Positions 1-7,961 of a stretch of 64,000 nt of DNA are shown in pieces (position 1 is the first letter of the stretch; the number at the start of each line of letters is the position of its first letter). This DNA comes from an uncultured virus (IMG/VR IMGVR_UViG_3300024505_000605) (Duplodnaviria; Heunggongvirae; Uroviricota; Caudoviricetes). The stretch lies in IMG/VR virus record IMGVR_UViG_3300024505_000605. One strand, 5' to 3'. Position numbers and translations under genes: made by a program. The notes under the pieces were generated by a model that saw only the letters and a program-made list of their open reading frames with translations, had not been told where the DNA came from and did not search any database.

Positions 1-474
1 GCACCCTCCACAGTTGCAAGCAACGTCACTTGGACACTGCCCAGTGCTGACGGCACCGCATCCCAAGTCCTAAGCACCGACGGCGCTGGAACACTGAGCT
101 GGACAACACCGGCCTCTGGTGCAGGACTAGATACCGCGCAGACTTGGACCAAAGGTCAACGCGGCGAGATTACAGTTCTCACGGATGGGGCTACGATCAC
201 GCCAGATTTCAGCGACAGCAACAACTACAGCGTGACTCTTGGCGGTAACCGCACTCTCGCCAATCCAACCAACTTGGTGGCTGGGCAGTCCGGCTGCATC
301 TGGATTACGCAGGACGGCACCGGCTCCCGCACGCTGGCCTACGGCAGCTACTGGGACTTCACCGGGGGCACCGCGCCGACATTAACCACAACGGCTAATG
401 CAAGGGATTGCTTGGTTTACGCAGTCCAGTCGGCTACGCAAATCACTGCCCAACTGATCACCAACCTGAGCTGA
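1..474 (+). CDS. 3' end of tail fibre gene (partial, starts before window)
   Basis: Near-identical to the 3' end of ORF 41516..43219; both end ITAQLITNLS*. Confidence 0.85.
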   Translation, partial: APSTVASNVTWTLPSADGTASQVLSTDGAGTLSWTTPASGAGLDTAQTWTKGQRGEITVLTDGATITPDFSDSNNYSVTLGGNRTLANPTNLVAGQSGCIWITQDGTGSRTLAYGSYWDFTGGTAPTLTTTANARDCLVYAVQSATQITAQLITNLS

Positions 475-475
475 G
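1..475 (+). repeat. Long imperfect direct repeat, copy 1 (copy 2 at 42746-43220)
   Basis: gcaccctccacagttgcaagc... aligns at offset 42745; first ~110 nt identical, then mostly third-position changes. Confidence 0.97.
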
Positions 476-2866
476 ATGTCGATTCCTGGTGCCGGCAACC
501 CACTCCTGCTTGGTGGTGCAGGTGGCTACAAGATTGAGCGCAGTCTGCGATTCAACTCAGCGGATTCGGCTTACCTGAGCCGCACCCCGGCATCAGCGGG
601 AAACAGGAAAACGTGGACGTGGAGCGGGTGGATCAAGAGGTCCGCGATAAGTGCGACCACTATATTGTTTTCAGTCGGTCTGAACACTGACGGGGATACT
701 GGCAGGCTGCTTTTGTATTTCGGTTCTGACAATAAGCTGGCAGTAGATGGAGGGGCGGTTTCATTCAGAACAACAACTGCTGTCTACAGAGATCCAAGCG
801 CTTGGTATCATGTTCTGATCAGTGTTGACACTACACTGGCAGCCGCAAATAGCCGGATTAGATTATATATAAACGGGTCAGAGATAACGACATTTGACGT
901 ACTAAACAACCCCTCGCAAAACGCTGATACTGGTGTAAATCGCACTAGCGCGCACAACATAGGACGCCGGGTGGATCCTGGCGACAATTACGCTAACTAC
1001 TACCTAGCCGAAGTCCACTTCATCGACGGCCAAGCCCTGACCCCCAGCAGCTTCGGTGAGTTCTCCGCTACCACCGGCGTGTGGATACCTAAGCGGTACG
1101 CCGGAACATACGGTACAAATGGATTCCACCTTGATTTCTCAAATAATGCCTCTGCCGCCGCATTAGGGACGGACTCTTCTGGCAACGGGAACACGTGGAC
1201 TGTCAACAACATTTCGGTTGCTGCTGGTGCAGGCAACGACAGCCTCGTAGACGTTCCCACTAATGGCAGCGAGGTTGATACGGGAAGTGGGGGGCAGGTG
1301 AGGGGGAATTACTGTACGTTGAATCCGTTGGCTAACGGCGGAAACACGCTTTCAAACGGCAATCTCCAAGCCGTTGGCGCTGTTGACAAAACAACTCTTG
1401 CCACTATCGGCATGAGTAGCGGCAAATGGTACTGCGAAGTAACCGTAGATAACGTAGGCGGATCTTGCCTTGTCGGAATAGCCAAAGGGGGAGTTGTTCT
1501 TTCTACCTGGATTGGCAGCAGCCCTGAAGGCTGGGCTTACGGAATGAATGGTCTTAAATATACAAACAATAACGGCGGCATAAGTTACGGAAATACATAT
1601 ACAACCGGTGACGTTATTGGTATTGCCTTCGATGCTGACGCCGGAAGTTTGTATTTTTACAAAAACGGAACTGTTCAGAATAGTGGCACTGCGGCGTTTA
1701 CTGGATTAACTAGTGGGCCGTATTTCTTCGCGTTTGGCTCAAATGCTCCTAGCTTTACTTGGAACTTCGGCCAACGCCCCTTCGCCTACACCGCCCCCAG
1801 CGGCTTCAAGGCGCTCTGCACGCAGAACTTGCCAACACCCACCATCACCAAGCCCAGCACCGTGATGGATGTGAAGCTCTACACCGGCAATGGTGGCACG
1901 CAGACAATTAGTGGGCTCGGGTTCTCGCCAGATTTTGTGTGGATCAAAAACCGCCAAGATAATTTGAGCTGGAATTTGTTTAACGATACGGTACGCGGTG
2001 CAAACAAAATACTGGCATCAAACGAAACAGGTGCTGAGTACAGCAACGACACTAACGGTTATCTATCTGCATTTACTTCTGACGGTTTTACACTTACCAA
2101 CGGGGGAAATGGAATTCAAGTCAACGGATCTGGCAAGTCTTTTGTCTCTTGGGCCTGGGACGCCGGCAGCAGCACCGTCACCAACACCTCCGGCACCATC
2201 AGCTCGCAGGTGCGGGCTAATCCAAGTGCGGGGTTTTCGGTGGTTACTTGGACTGGCAACGGGGCAAGTGCAACAGTAGGACATGGATTGGGTGTTGCAC
2301 CGTCGTTTTTAATTGTAAAAAGTAGAAGTACATCAAACTCTTGGGTTATTTACCACCGTGCATTGGGTGGTGCGTTCTATTTGCTGTTTGATACTTCGGC
2401 TGCAGGTGGTAGCGCAAACGCTACATGGGGAAGTGCAAATAGTGACCCAACAGCTTCAGTTTTTTCTGTTGGAAGTGGTGCTGCAACCAACGGCAATGGA
2501 TCTAATTTTGTTGCCTACTGCTTCGCCCCAGTCGCGGGCTACAGCGCCTTCGGTTCCTACACCGGCAACGGCAGCGCAGATGGTCCGTTTGTTTACTTGG
2601 GATTCCGTCCCGCGCTTGTCATTGTCAAAATGTCGAGCAGTACCGGTGACTGGACAATGCTTGATTACCAGCGCGAAGGTTACAACGTAGATAACGACCC
2701 GCTGTATCCAAACCGAAGCAATGTCGAAGGGACAACAGACCTGATCGACATCACGAGCAACGGTTTTAAGGTGCGCACCACCGACGCTACGTTCAATACA
2801 AATGCTGGCACTTATGTGTATGCCGCCTTCAGTGAGGTAGCATTTAATTTTGCTAGAGCGCGATGA
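476..2866 (+). CDS. Tail-associated lectin-like protein (ConA/LamG-like plus SPRY-like domains), putative receptor-binding protein
   Basis: SLRFNSADSAYL, WTWSGWIKR, RDPSAWYH, SGKWYCEV, GDVIGIAFDAD, NFGQRPFAYTAPSGF motifs; directly follows tail fibre. Confidence 0.75.
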   Translation: MSIPGAGNPLLLGGAGGYKIERSLRFNSADSAYLSRTPASAGNRKTWTWSGWIKRSAISATTILFSVGLNTDGDTGRLLLYFGSDNKLAVDGGAVSFRTTTAVYRDPSAWYHVLISVDTTLAAANSRIRLYINGSEITTFDVLNNPSQNADTGVNRTSAHNIGRRVDPGDNYANYYLAEVHFIDGQALTPSSFGEFSATTGVWIPKRYAGTYGTNGFHLDFSNNASAAALGTDSSGNGNTWTVNNISVAAGAGNDSLVDVPTNGSEVDTGSGGQVRGNYCTLNPLANGGNTLSNGNLQAVGAVDKTTLATIGMSSGKWYCEVTVDNVGGSCLVGIAKGGVVLSTWIGSSPEGWAYGMNGLKYTNNNGGISYGNTYTTGDVIGIAFDADAGSLYFYKNGTVQNSGTAAFTGLTSGPYFFAFGSNAPSFTWNFGQRPFAYTAPSGFKALCTQNLPTPTITKPSTVMDVKLYTGNGGTQTISGLGFSPDFVWIKNRQDNLSWNLFNDTVRGANKILASNETGAEYSNDTNGYLSAFTSDGFTLTNGGNGIQVNGSGKSFVSWAWDAGSSTVTNTSGTISSQVRANPSAGFSVVTWTGNGASATVGHGLGVAPSFLIVKSRSTSNSWVIYHRALGGAFYLLFDTSAAGGSANATWGSANSDPTASVFSVGSGAATNGNGSNFVAYCFAPVAGYSAFGSYTGNGSADGPFVYLGFRPALVIVKMSSSTGDWTMLDYQREGYNVDNDPLYPNRSNVEGTTDLIDITSNGFKVRTTDATFNTNAGTYVYAAFSEVAFNFARAR

Positions 2867-3516
2867 GCAATAAGATTCCGATGGTAGGCAAGCGTTTCGG
2901 CCGCTTGGTTGTCCTTGAAGAGGCTGGTCGACTTGGCTCGTTCCTTGCTTTTAACTGCCAGTGTGACTGCGGTAATACCGTCGTGGTGCGTGGACCTTCA
3001 CTTCGCAGCAAGAACACAACCAGTTGCGGATGCCTGCAAAAAGAAGTTGTAGGCAATCTGAATAAGACACACGGCATGTGTCAAAGTACGGAGTATCGCA
3101 TTTGGTCCAATATGCTTTCTCGCTGCACCAATCCAAATGTTGGATGCTATGAGCGCTATGGCGGCAAAGGGATAACAGTCAGCGAAGACTGGAAAGCCTT
3201 CGAGCAATTTTACGCGGATATGGGCGAGCGTCCAAAAGGTAAAACTTTAGATCGCATCGACAGCGATGGCCCATACTCTAAAGAAAACTGCCGATGGGCG
3301 ACAATAGCCGAACAGAATCGCAACACGCGACGAACGCAACTTGTGACATACGACGGGCGAACCATGTGCCTGAAGGATTGGGCGGAAGAACTTCAAATGC
3401 CGTACAAGACACTACACAAGCGAATTAGGGTGCAGAAATGGCCTGTTGAAAAAGCAATGACAACTCCTTTGCGTTCGATTAACCAGTCCCCTTTCTCCCT
3501 GGCTCGTGCCAGGTAA
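2863..3516 (+). CDS. HNH homing endonuclease
   Basis: GKRFGRLVV, CQCDCG, TSCGC, TLDRID..GPYSKENCRWAT..QNRN. Confidence 0.85.
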   Translation: MSNKIPMVGKRFGRLVVLEEAGRLGSFLAFNCQCDCGNTVVVRGPSLRSKNTTSCGCLQKEVVGNLNKTHGMCQSTEYRIWSNMLSRCTNPNVGCYERYGGKGITVSEDWKAFEQFYADMGERPKGKTLDRIDSDGPYSKENCRWATIAEQNRNTRRTQLVTYDGRTMCLKDWAEELQMPYKTLHKRIRVQKWPVEKAMTTPLRSINQSPFSLARAR

Positions 3517-3536
3517 CCCCTACCCATTAGCGAGCC

Positions 3537-3992
3537 ATGTTCATTCTTGACGGCAAGCCACTATCCCCGGATGTGGCCTTTACCCACGACGGCATCCAGT
3601 ACCCCGCCAACTGGCTGCGTCTTGCCACGCCTGAAGAGCGCACAGCCATCGGCATCACCGAAGAGCCCGACCCGCAGCCATACGATCAGCGGTTCTACTG
3701 GGGCTATGACTCAGACGGCAATCTGATCCCTAAAGATCACGCCCAACTGGTTGAACAGTGGTCGCAGCAGACACGTACCACCGCTGGTACGTTGCTGCAA
3801 CCAACGGATTGGATGATCATCCGCCAAGCAGATAACGGCGTCGAAGCTGATCCCGCCATCAAAACTTGGCGTGAAGATATTCGCCTAGCTACTGGCGACA
3901 AGATCACTGCCATCGAAGACACCACAACCACCGACGAACTCGCCGCCTACATCACTGGCGCTGACTACCCCGTATGGCCTGAGCAAAACTGA
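3537..3992 (+). CDS. Tail fibre assembly/chaperone-like protein, copy 1
   Basis: LLQPTDW...WREDIR...WP motif after fibre genes; 144/151 aa identical to 45692..46147. Confidence 0.6.
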   Translation: MFILDGKPLSPDVAFTHDGIQYPANWLRLATPEERTAIGITEEPDPQPYDQRFYWGYDSDGNLIPKDHAQLVEQWSQQTRTTAGTLLQPTDWMIIRQADNGVEADPAIKTWREDIRLATGDKITAIEDTTTTDELAAYITGADYPVWPEQN

Positions 3993-4129
3993 TGGCTGTA
4001 AAAAGTAAAACTGCCCTGGGACGTGTCGACCACAAAGCCGGCCGCCCAAAAACAACTTCTCAAGGCTATGGCCAACACTCGCGTCCTCGCCGTCGCGGCA
4101 AGAAAAAGCTAGTGGGCCAAGGCCGCTAA
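3992..4129 (+). CDS. Small basic protein (45 aa, MAVKSK...GQGR)
   Basis: Read by hand; TGATG coupling; homolog at 46147..46281. Confidence 0.75.
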   Translation: MAVKSKTALGRVDHKAGRPKTTSQGYGQHSRPRRRGKKKLVGQGR

Positions 4130-4160
4130 ATTAGGTAAAAGGTCGGCAGTATGCCTCGCA

Positions 4161-4415
4161 ATGGATCACCACGAAGAGGCTATTACTTCCGCAACTCCAC
4201 CAAATAACCCCTTAAACCAAGCCGTCCCAGCCCTGTTGACCGCAGCTGTGCTGGGTCTCGGCGGTCTTTTCATGCAAGTTGCAAAATTAGACCAGTCAGT
4301 AAGCACAGTAGCCGCCGATATTCAAGAACTAAAAAACGACTCTAAAGAACGCCTTAGCGATCTCGAAACCAGGGTGCGTCAGATTGAAATGACTGTCGGC
4401 ACCCAAAATAAATGA
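4161..4415 (+). CDS. Single-TM coiled-coil protein of the lysis region
   Basis: Hydrophobic AVPALLTAAVLGLGGLFM then heptads; homolog at 46314..46565. Confidence 0.65.
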   Translation: MDHHEEAITSATPPNNPLNQAVPALLTAAVLGLGGLFMQVAKLDQSVSTVAADIQELKNDSKERLSDLETRVRQIEMTVGTQNK

Positions 4416-4594
4416 GCGTCGTCCACACCACCGACTTCGGTAACGGCTACAGCTTGGACCAGCTGGAAAACGAACGCGGCGAACTGTACTACCGAGCCTG
4501 TTTAAACAGCGTCTGCCGTTATGCCGAAGACCATTACATCGCGATGATGTATCTCGAAGGCATGGGCTGGGACCCTAAAGCAACCCCCCAGTAA
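4412..4594 (+). CDS. Hypothetical protein
   Basis: ELYYRAC..VCRY motif shared with the ORF ending at 49206. Confidence 0.65.
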   Translation: MSVVHTTDFGNGYSLDQLENERGELYYRACLNSVCRYAEDHYIAMMYLEGMGWDPKATPQ

Positions 4595-4892
4595 TCCACT
4601 GCACAATCGCGTCCTCGCGGTGCGGCTCCCAAAAATCCTGATCTCTGTACCACTCAATCCAATCTTCCGCCGACTTCGAGATATTGCACGCGAAACAGCA
4701 CGCCACCAAATTCTGCTGGTGCGTATGCCCACCCCGCATTTTCGGGTGCACGTGATCCAGCGTTGCTGACCGTCCTAAATCAACAGAACAGTAAGCACAT
4801 TTGTTCTGCCAATGTTTAAGAATTGATTGCCTAAATCGCGCCTTTGCTTCTTTTTTGTTTAAGTATTCGCCATCTTCAATGCGATGGTCCAT
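4575..4892 (-). CDS. Small HNH endonuclease
   Basis: CAYC..TLDHVHP..GG...NLVACCFACN; homolog at 48869..49180; start taken at MDHRIE. Confidence 0.85.
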   Translation of the reverse strand: MDHRIEDGEYLNKKEAKARFRQSILKHWQNKCAYCSVDLGRSATLDHVHPKMRGGHTHQQNLVACCFACNISKSAEDWIEWYRDQDFWEPHREDAIVQWITGGLL

Positions 4893-4990
4893 ACCCAGCA
4901 GTGGCTCCACAGAATGTAGCGGTAGAAACTATTACGCGCACTAGCCTTCTTCTCTAGTACAGCTAAACTCAATAAAAGCCACAGCTTTTT

Positions 4991-5134
4991 ATGACCGACC
5001 AGCAAATCGCCATCATCGCCATCATCGTTGCCGCCGGTTCCGAACTAATCGGCATGAGCAAGTTGAAGTCCAACAGTTGGATTCAGCTGGGACTGCAGGC
5101 ACTAAAAATGGCGTTCCCAAAGCGTCGCCGCTAA
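4991..5134 (+). CDS. Putative holin (47 aa)
   Basis: MTDQQIAIIAIIVAAGSELIG...FPKRRR; hydrophobic with basic tail; precedes endolysin; homolog at 46598..46735. Confidence 0.6.
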   Translation: MTDQQIAIIAIIVAAGSELIGMSKLKSNSWIQLGLQALKMAFPKRRR

Positions 5135-5153
5135 TCCACGCGAGGGCCTTGTC

Positions 5154-6281
5154 ATGGCAAACAACAAACTCCGCCTCAACGACCTGTTTCGGTTTTACAA
5201 AGGTCTGCCCCACCAGATGGCAGCCATCACTGAGCTGGAGCAAGCCATCAACAAGGCCAACCCCCACATTCTTGGCCGCGACCAAGGCTGGTTCAAAACC
5301 TGGAGCGTTGCCGGCAAACAAACCAACTTTCCCAATAGCTGGGAGGGCATCCTCGAAGCTGCCCGCGTCGCTGGCGCAAAATTTCCAGAACTTGTAGCCG
5401 CCCAATGGGCGCTGGAATCCAACTACGGAAAACTGGTTTCCGGCAGAAACAACTTTTTCGGCCTCAAAGGCCAGGGTAGCGACAAGAAAACCCAAGAATT
5501 CATCAACGGCCAGTGGGTCACGATCACCGACAGCTTCATCGACTTCCCCGATCTGCTGTCCTGCGTGATGTATCTAGTCGACCACTGGTACAAGGACTAC
5601 AAGAACTACAAAGGCTGCAATAACGCCGCAACCCGAGATGAAGCTGCGAAATGGTTGCATAAAGAAGGATACGCAACCGATCCCAACTACCCGGGCAAAC
5701 TAATCGAGTTAATGAACCAGCACGCTGGCACGAAACCGCTGGTCGCACCAAAGGAAAAGATCCTGAAAGTCGCCTACGAATACCAGCTCGGTCCTGACGA
5801 TGGAGCGACTGGTTACCGCCAGTGCTTTAGTTCCAGCTGTGCAATGGTGGCCCGCTATTACGGCAAAATTTCAGGCGATTACCAGTACAACGCAATCCGC
5901 GCCCGCTTTGGAGACACCACCGACCCCAAAGCACAAATTGCCGCATTGAAATCCCTGGGACTAACCGCCACTTTCGAGATGGACGGCACAGTCGAAGACC
6001 TAGAGAACGAAATTACCCACGGTCACCCCGTTCCAGTCGGCTGGCTTCACAAAGGCCCGATTTCAAACCCTTCGGGCACAGGCCATTGGAGCGTTGTCGC
6101 TGGATATACACCAACGCACTTCATACATATGGACCCGTTCGGTGAGGCAAATCTAGTTGCTGGCGGCTACGTCAGTAATAAGGGAGGCGCTGGAATCGCG
6201 TATTCCCGCAAGAACTGGCTACCTCGCTGGCTCATCGAAGGCAACGACACGGGCTGGTTCATGCGTATCCGCCCGAGGTAA
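5154..6281 (+). CDS. Endolysin: GH73 glucosaminidase plus C39-like peptidase
   Basis: AAQWALES, NNFFGLKG, GYATDPNY; QCFSSSCAM...GHWSVV...MDP. Confidence 0.85.
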   Translation: MANNKLRLNDLFRFYKGLPHQMAAITELEQAINKANPHILGRDQGWFKTWSVAGKQTNFPNSWEGILEAARVAGAKFPELVAAQWALESNYGKLVSGRNNFFGLKGQGSDKKTQEFINGQWVTITDSFIDFPDLLSCVMYLVDHWYKDYKNYKGCNNAATRDEAAKWLHKEGYATDPNYPGKLIELMNQHAGTKPLVAPKEKILKVAYEYQLGPDDGATGYRQCFSSSCAMVARYYGKISGDYQYNAIRARFGDTTDPKAQIAALKSLGLTATFEMDGTVEDLENEITHGHPVPVGWLHKGPISNPSGTGHWSVVAGYTPTHFIHMDPFGEANLVAGGYVSNKGGAGIAYSRKNWLPRWLIEGNDTGWFMRIRPR

Positions 6282-6283
6282 CC

Positions 6284-6505
6284 ATGCGTCCCATCGAACA
6301 CAGCACGGAATCCAAATTCCACAAAGCTGCAACAGACCAGTGGCTGGTTGATCTTTTTAATAAGCAGGACTATCGCGGCCTACTTGAAGCTGCTTTGGTG
6401 CTGAACACGCTCCACCAGTTGGAACGAACAAAATCGGCCTGGGCAATCCGCGAAGCTGCAGAAAACCTGGCCGATCAATTCGGACTAGACCGCGACTCGG
6501 CCTAG
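6284..6505 (+). CDS. Hypothetical protein
   Basis: ORF abutting the endolysin. Confidence 0.6.
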   Translation: MRPIEHSTESKFHKAATDQWLVDLFNKQDYRGLLEAALVLNTLHQLERTKSAWAIREAAENLADQFGLDRDSA

Positions 6506-6675
6506 CGCTGGTTGTACTTTTCGTACAGCCCGGTGTAGGTGTGATGTTGCGGGTGCTCTGGATTGGAGCGTCCATCCCACTCGTACAACTTTTCGAGCAA
6601 ATCCATCCGGGAGTGATCAACGATCACCTGACCCCAGTTTTGCCGCGCCCAATCAGCGATTTCAGGGTTGCTCAT
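6502..6675 (-). CDS. Hypothetical protein (HTYTG motif)
   Basis: MSNPEIADW...HHTYTGLYEKY read by hand; motif shared with 49969..50229. Confidence 0.6.
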   Translation of the reverse strand: MSNPEIADWARQNWGQVIVDHSRMDLLEKLYEWDGRSNPEHPQHHTYTGLYEKYNQR

Positions 6676-6979
6676 TTTTACTCTCCACGAGTTTTAGCCG
6701 ACGCCGAGCCGATTCCTTCGGCCCATTGTTCGAGCGCACCAGCCTAGGCTTTTTCGCCACAGCATCCGGCACCTCAACCTTGCAATTTGGGTAACGATTT
6801 GCGGCAAACGTCAAAGCCTGCTGGAGCGACTCAGCCCGAATCAAATCCCGCATCGCGCCCTGCCCAGGCAACCAAATTTTCAACTCAAATAAAGCAGTTT
6901 TCGGTGCACTGGTACGTGAGCGACCTTCACCAAGGCGCAACTCAGGGTCGAGTTGCTGCTGGAACGGAGTTACTTCCAT
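6662..6979 (-). CDS. Hypothetical protein
   Basis: ORF in packed minus-strand operon. Confidence 0.6.
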   Translation of the reverse strand: MEVTPFQQQLDPELRLGEGRSRTSAPKTALFELKIWLPGQGAMRDLIRAESLQQALTFAANRYPNCKVEVPDAVAKKPRLVRSNNGPKESARRRLKLVESKNEQP

Positions 6980-7185
6980 GATTTGAAGTAGGCGGGTTCG
7001 TCGATGCTATGAACAGCAACAGCGCTGTTAGTGCACTCAGCAACAACTCTCGCCGCAGCGACAGCTCGCTCATACGTGACCCAGCTGGATGCATCCTCCT
7101 TGGATGCGGTGAGACCAATACCTTTGCCAGGGCCGTAAACCGCCGTAACCCAGCGATCCTCAACCATGACGACATAGCGCGTCAT
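6970..7185 (-). CDS. Hypothetical protein
   Basis: ORF in packed minus-strand operon (start at MTRYVV). Confidence 0.55.
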   Translation of the reverse strand: MTRYVVMVEDRWVTAVYGPGKGIGLTASKEDASSWVTYERAVAAARVVAECTNSAVAVHSIDEPAYFKSWK

Positions 7186-7263
7186 TACCTTCAAATGAAT
7201 TACTGTGTAAGCCTAGTGAGTTTAGCCTACCAGAACCAGACTATGAAGACATTTCACTAAGTC

Positions 7264-7539
7264 TCATGCGTCCATTTCTGACACATCTTCTGATTGCTTG
7301 GAGCGCATCCTTCCCTGCACCCGTCGTTGCACCGACTCCGCCCAAGCCGCCTTATCAGCAGCCTCTGCAGCCTTGTAATCCGACACTGGAACAGCCTTTT
7401 CCAAAGCGGCGTAAACCATATCCCTCAACATTCCAGTTACCCGCTTGCCTTCGCTGGCTGCAAGCTGTTCCGCCAACTTGTACCTATTACTGTCCAACAG
7501 TAGCTGGCAATAAATTTTCGACCCGTGCTTCAGGGGCAT
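7264..7539 (-). CDS. Hypothetical protein, possibly ribbon-helix-helix
   Basis: Beta-strand then two predicted helices. Confidence 0.55.
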   Translation of the reverse strand: MPLKHGSKIYCQLLLDSNRYKLAEQLAASEGKRVTGMLRDMVYAALEKAVPVSDYKAAEAADKAAWAESVQRRVQGRMRSKQSEDVSEMDA

Positions 7540-7582
7540 TACTGGTCCTCTAGTCTCCTACACAATAGCATAGTGCGACACA

Positions 7583-7798
7583 TTAGACCCGCCACCGCAC
7601 ATCCTCATCCACCCCTTTCCGCCACGCATTGGACTGCGCCGCCCTCGCACTGGAACGCTGCTTGGTGCAATCCTTCCGAATACCCCGCGCCCACTCCAAA
7701 AAAGCCGCAGCCCGATGCAAATCCGCAGTCTTCGCCTGCCGAATCTCCTTCATCAGCCACTCCATCACCAATTCTCTACCCGTGCGGCTGCGACTCAT
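7583..7798 (-). CDS. Hypothetical protein
   Basis: ORF in operon downstream of the polymerase. Confidence 0.55.
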   Translation of the reverse strand: MSRSRTGRELVMEWLMKEIRQAKTADLHRAAAFLEWARGIRKDCTKQRSSARAAQSNAWRKGVDEDVRWRV

Positions 7799-7961
7799 GC
7801 GTTTAACTCTGAGACTCGCAAGATCGACTGAACGTGCTGATCAGGGCAAAGCTCCAGTGCCTTCATCCTTGCGGAGAAAGCATCTGGAGCGATAACAAAC
7901 AGATCGTGAGTACCACCGTGACGCGGGTGCATCCGCACGCGGTACTCGATCTGCTCCTGGT

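Noticed and set aside
1..475. Diverged repeat at a tail gene end as a DGR template/variable pair
   Set aside because: No reverse transcriptase in the window; differences are mostly synonymous and not adenine-specific; both copies are coding
7551..7585. TAAT-N7-ACTA and TAGT-N7-ACAA as further cassette sites
   Set aside because: One mismatch each and overlapping a likely -10 element; ambiguous
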